Of a stretch of DNA of 63,718 nucleotides, positions 23,952-37,427 are shown piece after piece; positions within the stretch are counted from its first letter, which is position 1; each line of letters opens with the position of its first letter. This stretch comes from Vezdaea acicularis (taxonomy: Eukaryota), in the NCBI GenBank assembly GCA_026025075.1, contig JAPEUI010000044.1, positions 62,001 through 125,718 of the forward strand. Direction: 5' to 3'. Under the pieces are notes generated by a model. The model searched no databases. It was not told the origin of the DNA and saw nothing but the letters and a program-made list of their open reading frames with translations. The position numbers and the translations under genes are program-made.

Positions 23952-26900
23952 TCACGGCGGTGCCGTCGAGGACGACGTGGAAGAAGAAGAAGATGACGAC
24001 GAGGTTGATGTTGATGTTGATGAAGTAGAGCTAGTCGAAGTACTGCTGCTGCTTGTTGTGGCTCCACTATTCGCTGTATACAGCTGGAGACGGTTGCTTC
24101 CACCACAATAAGTTGATTTGGTCGTATCACCCATGCACACCATATTGCAGCCAGTCGTGGGCTCAGTGATGGACCCAGAGCTGATTGTATTGCCGCAATA
24201 ACATTCCCTGGCGTACTCGAGAGCGGCGTACTTGTAGGCGCTGCAGAAAGTAAGACATGAATCCACGGTCATGCCGTCGTTCGCGTAAGAAGCAGCTTGA
24301 AGCGCTCGGCCTTGTACTTCCAAGTTACAACTTGTGAACGTGAAGTTGACATTGCCTGTTGGTATTGAGGGACCGCTTGAGGTTGCTGAGGCGGAGCTGG
24401 TAGTAGTAGTAGAGCTGCTGGTACTAGAGCTGCTCGTAGTACTTCCGTACTGATACACGAGCAGCCTATTGCTGCCGCCGCACAACTCGGTGTTATTTCC
24501 GGCACAGACCATGTTGCAGTCTCCTTGGTTAGTAGACTTTACGCTATTTCCATTGATGTTATTGCCGCAGTAGCACTCGCGTCCAAACTCGACACCGAAA
24601 TAGAGCGTGCCATTCGAAGTTGCGGCTGAACAGTAGGCTCCGCATTGTTCGAGTGTCAATGAGTTCGACGCTGTAGTGGCGACACTTAGAGCGCGTACGC
24701 CGCTTGCTTCGTTGTAGCAACCAATAAAGCCGTACTGTTTGTAGTTAGGGACAACTATAGGGCCAGTGGGGGATGCTGTTGTCGACGATGATGTTGAGGT
24801 CGAGGAGGTCGAGGAGGAGCTCGATGAAGATGTCGATGAGGATGTCGAACTAGAAGTGGAAGATGTCTGGAATTGATACATGTTTATCCTGTTGCCGCCA
24901 CCACACAACTCCGTTGGGCTTCCTGCACAAGCCATGTTACAATCTCCCTGGTTAGCAACCTTCTTGCTATCACCGTTGACATTGTTACCGCAATAGCACT
25001 CACGACCGTATTCGACCCCAAAGTACTGGGTACCATTAGGACTCGCGGCCATACAGAATGCCCCGCAGCTTTCTACAGACATGCTGTTCACTGCCTGAGA
25101 CTTCCCAGACAGAGCACGACCGCCGGTCGTCGCTTCATTGTAACAGCCTATGAAACTATACTGCTTATAGCTCGGAACAGCTGTGGGTCCGGTAGGTGCT
25201 GCGGTAGACGAAGTCGACGTCGACGTCACAGATGTTGACGAAGACGTGGAAGACGTCGAACTGCTCGCGTTGGCCTTGAGCTGATAGAGCGAAAGGAAGT
25301 TTCCAGCACCACAGTATTCGGACGAGTTAGCCGCACAAGGCATATTACAGCTAGCGTCGGACTGCTTTGTTGAACCTGCAGCTAAAGAGTTGCCACAATA
25401 GCATTCTCTTCCATACTCTGCTGCTACGAACTGATAGCCAGAGCAGACGCTAAGACAGCTCGCGATAGTCAAACTATTAGTCGCGGCGCCTTGCTTGGAG
25501 AGGGCCCGGCCGTTGACCTCGTTGTAGCAACCTATGTAGGAGTACTGACTATTACCGGGGTCGATGACAGGCCCCGTGGACGTAGGCGAAGCGCTCGTGG
25601 ACGTCGAGGACGTTGAAGATGTTGAGGATGTTGAGGACGTGGAGGACGTGGAGGAGACTGTCGTATTACCTCCTTGGTACTTTTTGCTGTCGGCGAACAA
25701 ACTAATCTGCGATGAGTCATGGTTGATGCCATTTCCACCGCAAATCTGAGAGGCATTGCCAGCGCAGACGTAGTTGCAATTAGCCTCACTCGACTGTGTC
25801 TTGGGGAGTGTATTGCCACACCAGCACTCGTTTTGATATTCCAGACCTGCAAAGGTATATCCAGCAGCAAAGCAGCTGTTGATACAATCAGCAGGCTTCA
25901 TGGTACTAGCCGCTGCGATCCGGGTTGCAAGCTCTCGGTTTGGGTCATTGTCCAGGAAGCAGCCGATATACGGGAATTGGGCGGATCCATTGGCCAACAG
26001 CGGTCCGACCTGCTCGGCAATAGCATGACAGTTGAATTGAATATTCCGCTTTCCAAAGGTAGGGTCCCCAGTATTCATGGTCCATACAGCACTTGCATTG
26101 TAAGATGGGGTGTTGACCTGAGCCTTCGGGACGGAACAAAAGAGGGTTGCGTTTGCCGAGGATTGCGCCGGGATATCGGTGCCTTCTCCCAGGTCGACAT
26201 TGTTCTGTGCGCCAACAATTTGCCCTGCGCTGATAGGAGGCTTCGACACTGTGACACTCAGTTTCCCTGCGTTTGGACCTCCAACGTTGCTCAAGCGCAT
26301 CACGCGATTCAACGTGATCTGTTCATAAACGTCACCAAATGTGAATGGCGTGCTGTTGCTGTAGGGGACCCAGCTCTTTCCGTCAATTGACTGAAATTCG
26401 AGTAGGCCTACGGGGTTATCACTACTCGTAGCGACAACGGTGTAGAGCTTCGTGCCTCCGTCAGAGCGAACACGGACATAGACAGCATAGTTGGAGCTGC
26501 TTTGTGGCTGGAAGTTAACGTCCACATTCACTTGAGAATTTGCTGGAATACTAGCAGGAAGATTCTTGAAGGTGAAGGGACCAATCTGTAAGCCACCTGA
26601 GGTAGTATTTGGCGTAATCCACGGGCCTGTCTCTGAAGTAGTGGAATAGTCGCTGCCTTGAATATTAAGTTGGCTAGAACCTGCATTTATGTAGAGAACA
26701 GATTGATCGACACCATTTGGTGACTGGCCAGTAATGACCCCGGAAAATGACACTGTGTTTGGCGTGATTTGAAGGACAGGCGACAGAGAATTGCCGATTC
26801 CCTTGAGAGTCACTGGAGTTCGAGTAGAATACCCAGAGACCGAATTCGTAGTATTGACTGAAACAGAGTCGGCAAGAGGACCTGGGCTTGTTGGGTTCTG

Positions 26901-29028
26901 TGAGAACTGTCAGTGGTGATAACATCAGCATTGCAGCAGCAGATACTTACAAACTGTGCCTTGAAGCTGAAATTTGTCCCGGCTTGAACGGTCAAGGGGA
27001 GAGTTGGAAGGCTGCTCAAGTTGAAGTTCTTTGAATTCAACGTAATTGAGGTGACCGTAGTTGTGATATTGGCCATACACTGGATCGTTGCAGGCGGATT
27101 GGTATTTCCGGTAGATCCATTTGACGTTGTTACAGTTCCAAAGTCGTATGGTGAGTTACAGATCAGTGGTGTATTCACTGGCGACCCGAACGCATAGAGA
27201 AGACCTTGAGTCGTGCTTATATACGCCTTGCCATCTCCGAAGACCGGCCTACCGAACTTGGTGGCAGCGGGAATGGTGAAAGTCTTCTGAAGAGAGAGGG
27301 AATTGGTGCCAATCGAGTAGATGCGCAAATTGTATCCTTGAACATCTGCGACCCACACCAGACCGGTACCATCTTGGTCCTGATACGAGGTGGTCGTACC
27401 ATGACCTACACCAAGAATGTAGGCATTGCTATCACTCGTGGCACCCACGTAGGTGAAAGTCGGGTTTCCACTCCCGTCACAGCTGAACTTGAAGATCGTC
27501 GTGGGGTACTGAACTACGTGGATATAGACATATCCGCCCTCCCTGGGATACACGGCAGCTGCAGCGTATACGGAGTTCTGTTGTTGGTAAACATAGATCA
27601 CTGTCGAGATACAATTAGTAAGTGTTGTCATGAGCTGTCTAGGGTTGGGATTTACCGTTGTCTCCCTTGTTAGGCCCTGTCTGATACCCACCCAGGTTGT
27701 CAAGGTTGAGGAAGTACGTCTTGCCTGACTTTCCAGTAATGACTCCGATTCGTTTGACATTTGTACAGCTGAAAGTGGATTGGGGGAGCATTTGCAGAGG
27801 GGTGGTTCCCAAATCCTTATCAGCGCCATCCAGCTGCTCCTTTTCAAATGGCATGAAGAAGTCAATAACACTGAGACTGCCATCACTATTCTGCGAATAA
27901 TGGACAGCAGCCTCTTCGAGCGCAGAAGGAGGCTGTCGGCCCGGAACCGGAACACCATGAAGTTGCGATGCATAACCGTTACCGGTTCCGAGCCAGATAC
28001 TGCCGGCGTCGTCCGAGGTGATGCCACCTCCACTCATCCAGATACCGCCGCCTTTTACTGTGTTGGCTTCTGGACCAGCTTCGGTGGAGAACATCTCCAC
28101 GATTTTGCCATTTGGATCCCATCCAATTAGCATACCGGTATAGTTATATTGCACACAGTGAGACGCAAAGCCAGCGTAGATGTAACCACCGGTTTGGATC
28201 AATGCCGGCCGTTGGTGCTGGTTGCCCGAGATGAACATTCGATTAGGATTGTTCTGTGCGATCAGTCCTTCAAGAGATATGGGGAAGCCTGGTTTTTCCG
28301 AGAGATCGTTCACGTCGACCGCATGCACGTAGTATCGGCCGTTGAGACGTCCTGTGACTGCACCCGTTTGGTCGGCGTAGGTCTTCATGGTAAAGTACCA
28401 TACTCCTGCGGCGGGATCAATGACGCCGGTCCCCTAATCATCTACGTTAGCCCCTTCACTATTATAATCTCTATTTCTGACTGCCTCTAGCTTGGGATCT
28501 AGAGCTTACCGTGGAGCCAATGCAAGGCTGAAGATCTGTGCATCCATCGAGGTCCTTCTCTAGGAAAGGGACGTGTAAATCTCTTGAAGTTACGATCTTT
28601 CCGGTCTTTGCGTCTAGTTTATAGATCTTGTTCGTCGTCGACGCTATATACACGTACTGCGTGCTGCCAGGTGTATATACAAGTGGTTGTGCAAATATTT
28701 GCTCAGGGACCGTGCCGCTCGGGTTGATGCAGTCCTTGGTGAGTCTTGAAGTCCACAACTGACCGAACGAACTGCTCAAAACGACATTGGGATCCATATT
28801 ATGATTACTACAAGCACAAACTATTAGAGGCATCATGAAATTGACATTCCAGCGAGATGGTCTCTTGACTCACGTTTGGTACCCGCTTCGGCCATTATCA
28901 CCACTACTGGTTATTGTGTCGGTCGAAGCTAGAGCATTGACCCAAGACGGGCCACCTGCGAAGAGGCATATGGCGATAAGGACAGCGACGATGGGACGCA
29001 GAGGTGTCAACCCTGGGAGGGTCGCCAT
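23952..29028 (-). CDS. Large secreted protein: PQQ-like beta-propeller, Ig-like spacer region and five WSC domains
   Basis: Exons 29028-28874, 28807-28510, 28433-27656, 27600-26951, 26897-23952 splice in frame. Signal peptide; propeller motifs (IFAQPLVYTP, QHQRPAL, GGGIWMSGGG, DKDLG); five WSC repeats (YIGC...GxEYGRECYCGN...CNMxCxG...CGG) with Ser/Thr linkers; no TM anchor seen. Confidence 0.88.
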
Positions 29029-32000
29029 GCCGAAGGAAAGAAGCTCAGAAAATATTGACGAAGAAAACGAAGGACTCGGCGCAAAAGAAAGTGAGGCAGC
29101 TCAATGAACGTGGAGCGCCGTTGTGGTTAAAGAAAAGATATGGCGAAAAGATCGAAAGAACGAGGGACCAAGTGAGTGTGATGGAGGATCAGATCCTCGG
29201 CGATCCAGAAGATCTAAAAGAATGGACGTCCCTTGGCGGACCGGTGGTGTGTAGAGATCTGGACATCGCGATGCCCGAAAGCTTATATGGATTTGCTCAG
29301 GTCCCTTGAGAGGTGGCTCCGAGTCCAAGGAAGCAGCCAGGAACAGCCGGGCACGGCAAGCACAGCAGAATCCACGACGCCATGGCGTGGGAGGGTGCAT
29401 CGCTCGTTCCTCCCATCCTGGGCCATTCGGAGGGTCGATAAGGGAAGATTGAGACTACCAATTTTCGCTTGGCAAGCAATGAGGCTATGGGGGCCGACCG
29501 AATCGGGAACGGCTAGCAGGGCACGCGACGAGAATGCCTGCCCGTTGCGGACCGACACCTCAAACGTCCGGCGGTCCGCGGCCGGAAGGCACGATCAGCT
29601 TGTAGCAGCCTGGGCCGCGAGGCAGCCAGCGGACAGCAAAAAACCATTCGAGAGATCAGCCGGTGCGACGAGAGTGAGGACCGCAGCGACCGTCGCTCGA
29701 ACTGTGGTTCTTCGTGGTGGCGGCATCGGAACAGGCGAGACCCAAAGCGTCCACGATTTTGGATCGAGTCCAATCTCCCGAGCAGCGCTAGCAGGGGTTG
29801 AGCGGGTAGGAAGGGTTGGCGCGAGCACCGGGGGGTCCCTTTCGAGCAACTTGCCATGTGACTTCGGCACTTGTTCACTCCGCCAGGCGCCAAGGAAAAA
29901 CTTTTTCTTTGCGCGGCGACTCGGCGACTCGACAATTCGACAACTCGATGACTCCTCCAGGATGTTTTGATCTGAGGGCAAAGCATCCTGGGGCGACCGG
30001 TAAAATCCTTCCATTGAAAAGCAGATCCAAATGGAATCTCGACTCCATGGCGACCTGCACCTGCATGGAGTCGATGTCCATCTGGACCACTCGACCAGGT
30101 TAACGACTTCAGCCGCTGCTGGCTGCCAGGTACCGCAGGCACCGTTCGCGACTAGTGGGCACTATGAGCCCCTATGCGCGAAAGGGCCCACACCAGGCGC
30201 GCTCAGCTGCGCCGGCGCCCCGATAAGACCATTGATCTTCCAATAATGCAGCACGAGAAGGTGCATGGAGAACTATCTAAATCTGATTCGCCCAACCACG
30301 CTCCGGGGCGACCATGTGTCGTCATCGCCCTCGAGACACTGCGAGCGACGGTTGCCAAGGCGCGACCACGCGCGTCTACACTACAGTCCCCCGTAGCACC
30401 GAGACGCAAGCCTCGTAAGAAGCCACAACCCGTCGACCTCTTCGCCCTCCGGAGATTAATGGGGAAGCGGAATGCCTCTGCTGCGTCCCTGACCCGATCT
30501 CCGCCACTGCGCGCGGAACCATGACTTCCTGCTCCAGCTCCGTTTTCCATCTTTCCCCATCGCTTTCCGAAGATTTTCCGCCCACGGCACTTGTCGCGGG
30601 CCGGGGCGAGAGGCTGAGGAAGGAGCGCTGGTGGCTCAAACTTCCGCTTGTGGAAGGAAGCCCTAGCTCTCGGACGGCGAGGAAGGATCACCCGCTGCCC
30701 ATCCTGGACCGTCCCTTCCAATTCCTCCATCGCGCGACCCACCGCCATCTTGTCTCACGAAAAAGAGAAGGTGCAACGTCTTACTCGGGTTGAAGTCTAT
30801 TTTCGCAACTCGTGAGCCCCAGAAGCGCTTTCTCCCACCTCCCTCTCCTTGATCTTTGGTCGTGCTGCAACTCGACACCGCAGTAGCGTCCAGAGGCCAT
30901 CTGTTGACCAGGGCGGTCCTGGTTAGCCGTCCTTCTCCTGCATTGCCTTTTCACCGTAGGATTCGTTGTGTATTCAGATTCTGCACTCAACCTCTCATTA
31001 AGGTAATGCCGTTTGGATCCCCTATACATCCCAGAGCTTAGTGCGGGCTCTGCGTTTCTTCCTTCATTCAAGAGTTCATTTGCACTCTGCAGGTAGCCGC
31101 CCGTCGAGCATCTGGAGCCTCGTGGGACCATCGATGGATACCGTGGATTACGTGTCGTGCCGTTGGGACGATGGACAAGACGTCGCCGTACCTTCCGAGG
31201 ACGTTGCTGAGGCATCATGGCTTGCATGTATACAGCTGGCGTAGACAAGCTTTTCGACGGTTGTGATTCCGAATACCTCGTGTCACGTTCAGGGTTTGTG
31301 GCCACAGCTAGCTAATACAGGGATTTCAATCGGAATGGGGGACCAGGGAACCTCATCAAGAACCGGGTTGGCCGGGGAAGTCACCTCGGAAATAAAGGGT
31401 CTTGAGGGTGAAGTTCCGGACACCATGCCCATTGACTTGGTACTACTTGGCGATGCAGTGAATAGGTAATCCCGAGTACAACGCCGAACACGGGCCGCTA
31501 GCCTAAGGAGGAGTCCCAACCGCTTCGTCTTTTGCTTCTCCTTTCATCCTTCCTTCTCTCCTGAGATCTGCGTCAACTGTTTTGGGAAGACACTTGTACG
31601 ACCTGCCGTACTGGAGACGGCCACGGACCAGCAAGCGGTACTTTATTGGGTCGAAGGGAGTTGATTTTACGCTATGCATTTCCATGCAAGCTTTATTAAC
31701 AAGCGCAATATGCGTCGTAGTCTTAGTCTTAATAGTAAGACTCTCTTCGTACTTTTGTACCACGATCGGCATCGCCAGAACCCCAACGACACTAACTATG
31801 ACTCCTTCGTAGCCTCGTCTTCTCATCCAGTCCCGACTCACTCCATTTTTGGCTTCTGATACAGCTAGACGTGCATTTCCCCCTTAAACCATCATTTCGC
31901 CACTCTGGTTCCAAGCGTAGGGCCTGGAGAACCGCGAAAAGAGGGGCGGTCTTGAGGGCTCGGTCCGAATCGAACGGTAATCGAATGATTTTATCGTATG

Positions 32001-32304
32001 CACTTTACATCCACAAGGCGTGGTTCAGGCGTTCTCGGGGTCTCATGCTGTTGAAGATTCGGCCGCAAGCAGGACCTTCCAACGTTGAGCTTCCAAGTAT
32101 TCAAACCAGGCAATTTTGGGCTGTAGATTCAATCTCATATTCTCGTTCTAGGACAAGCACAGCAAAGCCTCTAGATATCAGCACTGTATAGTTTACACGC
32201 GCAAGAAGAGATCCCTAGCCATGCCATATCCCCCAACCCAAGACGCTCACTGAACGCCCCTAACTCCCTCCCTTCCCCACGCCCGAGACAAAAAGAGGTC
32301 CCGT

Positions 32305-33053
32305 CTACTTCGCATACTTGCTCGTATACTCCTTCGCCGTCTTCTCCCACGCACTCCTCTCCTTGATATACTCCTCCGCGATACTGCCCTCGACCGCGTT
32401 CTCCACATCTGGGTAGCGCAGCAGCTCCCTGACGGCCACGAGCGCATCGCGCAGCTTTGTACTGGGCTTCCAGACTTCTTGCTTGAGGATGGGGAGGCAC
32501 ATCGAGCCCGAGGGCGAGGTCGGCGAGGCGGACACGCTGATGATGTTGGGGTGGTAGGTTCGCGTTTCGAAGGTTATGGTGGGGGCTTTGAAGGGGTAGG
32601 TCGGTGGTAGGGTTAGGGTGGTGTGGAATGTGCCGCCCTGGGTGGGGATGGGGGATTAGTTCATGGACTCGAGGGGTGGGGGAGAGGAAGATTGAGACGA
32701 GAGGGGGAGGATAAGTGAGAGGAGAGGAGGAGGGGATGACGAGGGAAGGACGGGCGATCGCAGAAGTCGGAGTGAACCCAGAGACCGTACCTTGTAGGGC
32801 GTATCTTCTGGACCACTGATCGTACAGTGCCACACGTAGATATCGGCCTCGTCGATGAGTTTCGCCGTTACGCCCGTTGGGGGGTTCTTGAGGATGTCCG
32901 CGAGCTCCTATGGAAACATAGTTGATCGTTAGCTAGATGTGCGCGTGTAGGGGTTTCATAGTTCTAGGTATTGCAAAGTATGAAGTTCTGGCCGTTCCAT
33001 TGAACGTAGAGTAAGGGCCGTACCTTCGCGATCCGCTTCTGCCCGCCCGCCAT
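32305..33053 (-). CDS. Ubiquitin-conjugating enzyme E2 (UBC4/UbcH7-like)
   Basis: Exons MAGGQKRIAK | ELADILKNPP...GPEDTPYK | GGTF...YPFKAP...YHPNI...GSMCLPIL...WKPSTK; HPN motif and catalytic Cys present. Confidence 0.92.
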
Positions 33054-34332
33054 CTTTCAAGTGCGCGATGTCGAAGCACGTTCTTGGTCAAAGGACTGGA
33101 TTCAGAGTCGGAGCCAGTAAAAGGACCCTAGATCTTTACAGGAGGGAACGTAATACTATTGCCGGTACACTCTGTTTCGTCAACGAGTCTGAGGGGCTGT
33201 TGAGTGATATTGACTGACAATGGTGGTGGGGCTTGCAGCTCGGTTGGAGGAGCCTGGTGGGGCGTAACTCGTAAGGCAGAGCAAGTCCGATCGCAGACAG
33301 GTTGCATCACGAGTGGGTCTCAGCGATGAGGACAATCTTGACAATCACATTGATTTTATGTGCAAAATTTGAGTCAGAATGGACAAGAAAATGCCATGCT
33401 AAAGATTCTTGGCCACCGTTGAGAACTAGTCTCATGCTAGATTTGCATGGGCCCTTTAACAGCCTCGATTCTTGTATCATAAACTCCACTCAACGACTAA
33501 ACCGTACATGTCCTCTGCTCGTGAATAGCAAGTGCCTTGAAAGTCTCGTTCCTCATCAATCTGGAAGCAGATGTACTATTGATGCAGACATTCGATAAAT
33601 CGGCAATGTCGCGTGCATAGCTCAATCTCCCATGGACATGTCTTGGCCTACCGTAGCTTACATTTGCTTCACTCTAAAGCAGCTCCCCCTTGGAAGCTGC
33701 GAACGTGAACTCGCAGAATAAATCCCCGTAAAGTAATGGAGACACAAGATGTTAATTCAATCTCGACCTTTAAGGTCATGTGAAAACCCCGCATTTCACC
33801 TGTTTCAGATACCAGTCAAGCTTTCTGTTACAGGCAGACGGAGATCGTATGAGCTAGATTTTGGTTATCAATTCAAGGGACTCAATTGCCTTACTCACAC
33901 CCTCTTGCGAAGCGAAAGACCATGCCAACTTCCAGGCTGCCACGCACAATCACCATATTCGCGGCTATTCTCTCGTAGCGTGGCCGAACCTTTCCTACCG
34001 GCTGCTATAGCCAATCGGCGGCCTCAATAATGCTGACATACAACATCTCGAAACTTTGATATGGCTCTAAATTGGTACCCATTTCGCAAGCCTAAGGAAT
34101 CTGCGATGGCCTGGATATCCTCGAGAGGTACCCCTAGTTGAGGTAAGTACCACAAAGAACTGAACCTGAGTATGTTCAAGTATCTAACTGTGTATGGATG
34201 AAGCTTTTGCCCTCAACTATATGGCAGGTGCTCGAAAAAGCCTGCTGCACGTCCATCACTTTCATCTGTAATAGCCTGAAGCATCTTCACTTATCAAAAC
34301 ACTAATACGGCTCTCGTTTGATTACTTTCGGC

Positions 34333-37300
34333 ATGGCTGAGCTTCTTGCAGCTGGCGCTGTGGTAGGAGTCGTAGCAAGTCTGGTAACAATTGCCGATGT
34401 TGCGTGGCGAGTATTAAAACGTCTTAACGAATACAAGAGACGAGTGGACAACGCCCCAATTGTAATTGTGCATATTATTGAACAGCTTCCAGCAATTCTA
34501 GAGAAGATTTTGGAACTACGGAGGGCAGCTGAGAGGAACGAACTAGTAATCGATACTCAAACAGCACTTGGCGTAGCAGTAACAAGCTTCGAGGGGCACA
34601 TCAAACGCCTTGACAGCTTGATGGATAAAATGATCCCACTCGAGACCGATTCTACATCCAGGCGGGCGAAAAGGGCGTTGTACAGTGTCTATTATGAAAA
34701 GGAGATGGCAAAGTCATGGCAGGAGGTTGAAAGCTATAAAACCACTCTCATGTTTTTCTTTACACCTATGCAGGTCAGCAAGGAAGTGGAACTTCCTAAA
34801 TACATGAAGCCGATTTTCATGGTGCCGCTTGAAAGAGATTTGAACTTCATCGGTCGCACCAGCATCATCAAAGAAATTGAAGCAGCTATGGGAACTCGTA
34901 GACGCGCAGCTATCGCAGGAATTGGTGGTGTAGGGTAGGCGCTTTGATCATCTTTACCTTACTTACCCACTTAACGCCTGAATGCAACTGACCTGTACTT
35001 AGGAAAACGCAAATAGCGATTGAGTATTGCTATCGATTCAGGGATGAACATCCTGAAGCCCAGGTGTTTTGGGTGCATGCCAGTGCAGTCAGCAAATTTG
35101 ACCAAGCCTATAAGGATATTGCGACGAAGCTTCTCATACCTGGCTGGAACAATCCAGAGGCTGATGTGCTCAAGCTCGTCTGCGACTGGCTTACTCACGA
35201 TACTGAATGTTCCTGGCTCCTTGTACTGGACAATGCCGACGACACCGAGATTTTCTTTCCTCCTAAGGACAATACAGGAAATACGCAACGTAGCGTGCAA
35301 ACAAAGGCCTTAGCTCGCTATCTACCCCACAATCCAAAGGGTTCTATCCTTGTCACTACACGGGACATGCGGGTTGGACGAAAACTGACAAATGGAGAGA
35401 AGCCGATTCCGGTCCTACCAATGAACTCGGAGGATGGAAAAGCCATGCTAAAATCCAGGTTGCCAGATATTCTTAGCGATGCTGACTTGGACAACCTCCT
35501 AGCCGAGTTGGAGTATCTTCCCCTCGCAATCTCCCAGGCAGCTGCGTTCATCAATGAAAACAGCATTACTATCTCAGATTATATAGCGCTTCTCCAGGGC
35601 GATGACGGCAATATTTTGAATACCGAATTCGATGATTGGAGAAGGGACCCTGACACGCAAAACTCAATAGTGCGGACATGGAAGTTATCCTTTGATCAGA
35701 TTAGGAGACAAGAGCAGCGTGCTGCTGAGCTGCTATCTCTAATGGCTGTTCTGGATAGGCAAGGGCTTCAATCGTCCTTGATTTGCGATGGACATGAGCT
35801 TGAGACAGAGTTCGTCACCGCACTTGGGATACTTCAAGCATTTTCCTTGATTGCTGCTGAGAAGGCTGGTTCAGTCTTTCAAATGCACCGCCTCGTGCAG
35901 CTTTCAACCCGCAAATGGCTCGAGATTGAGCGTAGCCTGTCCAAATGGGAAGAGCAAGGACTAAATATACTCGTGGACAAATTTCCAGAAGGGGCTCCAG
36001 AAAACTGGCCCGTGTGTCAGGCTTACTATCCTCATGCGCAGGCCATCTTAAGTTTCTCCTTCCAAACAGAGCCTTCCTTATTACAAAAAGCGAAGCTTCT
36101 GTGTGCTACGGCAGAATTTGACTATGAACAGGCACGCTACGATCCTGCTTTCGAGAAGTATAAGGAGGCTTCCGAGATTCGCACAAAATTTCTTGGGGCA
36201 GAGCATCCAGATACTCTCATGTGTAGCTACTACATCGGCATGATCTACGACGACCAGGGTAGATACCCAGAAGCCAAGGACCTGCATTCGACGGTCTTAG
36301 AACTGAGAAAGAAAGTGCTCGGAGAGAACCACCCAGACACACTCATGAGCATGAACGATCTGGGTGTGGTCTATACTCACCAGGGGAATTATGAGGAGGC
36401 GGAGGAGTTGGATCTACAAGTATTCGAGCGGAGAAAAACTTATCTGGGAAAAGAGCATCCAGACACGCTTGAGAGTATGAACAACCTCGCATGGACCTAC
36501 GGCAGTAGGGACAAATACGAGGAGGCGGAAGCAATATTCACACCGCTACTTGAACTTAGCAATAGAATTCTTGGAGAAAATCACAAGGAGACGCTTAGGT
36601 ACAAGGATAATTCAGGGTTGGTGTTGTTTTATAAAGGTAAACTCGACGAAGCAGAAAAGCTACAAAAAGAAGCACTAGAGGGCCGCAGAAAAATACTTGG
36701 AGACGAACATCCTGACACGCTGATAAGCATCAATAATCTAGCATTAGTCTACCAGGGACAATCTAAATACCTTGAGGCGGAAAAACTATACGAGCCATTA
36801 GTTGAGATCTCTAGGAGGATTCTAGGAGACAAGCACAAGGAATCACTTACGGGCATGAGCAATCTAGCTTTGAACTACTACTATCTAGGCAAATACCAAA
36901 AGGCCGAGGACATGCTATTGTTCTGCCTTACCAAACGCAGAAAAACTCTGGGGTTGGAGCACCCAGACACACTCGCTAATATGGATGACCTCGGATATAT
37001 CTATTATGGGCAAGGCAAATACAAAGAGGCAGAGGCGATCTGGAAGCCATTGCTCGAGCTTCGTAGCAAGGTGAACGGGGAGGAACACTTGTATACACTC
37101 CAGACTATTAAGAACCTGGCCTCGAGCTTGCAAGGCCAGGGTAAATATAAGGAGGCGGGGCCCCTGCACGAGAAGTTAGTAGCGCTTTGCAAGAAGGTGC
37201 ACGGAGAGGAGCACGTGGAAACACTCAACAGCTTGGCCGACTTAGCTTCGGACTATTCTGAGACCGGCAAATTCGAGAAGGCGCAAGCAATACTCACACC

Positions 37301-37427
37301 GCTACTCGAAGCTCGTACAAGAATTCTCGGAGCAGAGCACGCGGACACACTCGAAACCAAAGACCAACTGGATACGGTTGTTGAAGCCCTGAAAGGGGCG
37401 CAGACGCGGACAGGTTCTGAGTCCTAA
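34333..37427 (+). CDS. Fungal NLR (STAND): SesA/HeLo-like N-terminal domain, NB-ARC and ten 42-aa TPR repeats
   Basis: Intron 34935-35002 reconstitutes Walker A GIGGVGKT; VPLERDLNFIGR, FWVHA, Walker B WLLVLDNADD, ILVTTRD, LEYLPLAISQAA, FQMHRLVQ; ten LGxxHPDT-type repeats. Confidence 0.92.

Noticed and set aside
29233..31841. Several 100-245 aa ORFs between the WSC gene and the E2
   Set aside because: No recognisable domain or consistent exon chain; an orphan minus-strand gene near 30781-31846 cannot be excluded but is unsupported.
32606..32620. Telomere-like TAGGGTTAGGG, possible telomerase template
   Set aside because: Lies inside the E2 coding exon (TLTLP); chance.
33100..34330. Search for an amyloid-motif effector gene paired with the NLR
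   Set aside because: No ORF with a HET-s, sigma or PP-like Asn/Gly-rich motif seen; only a possible 5' UTR intron from 34143.
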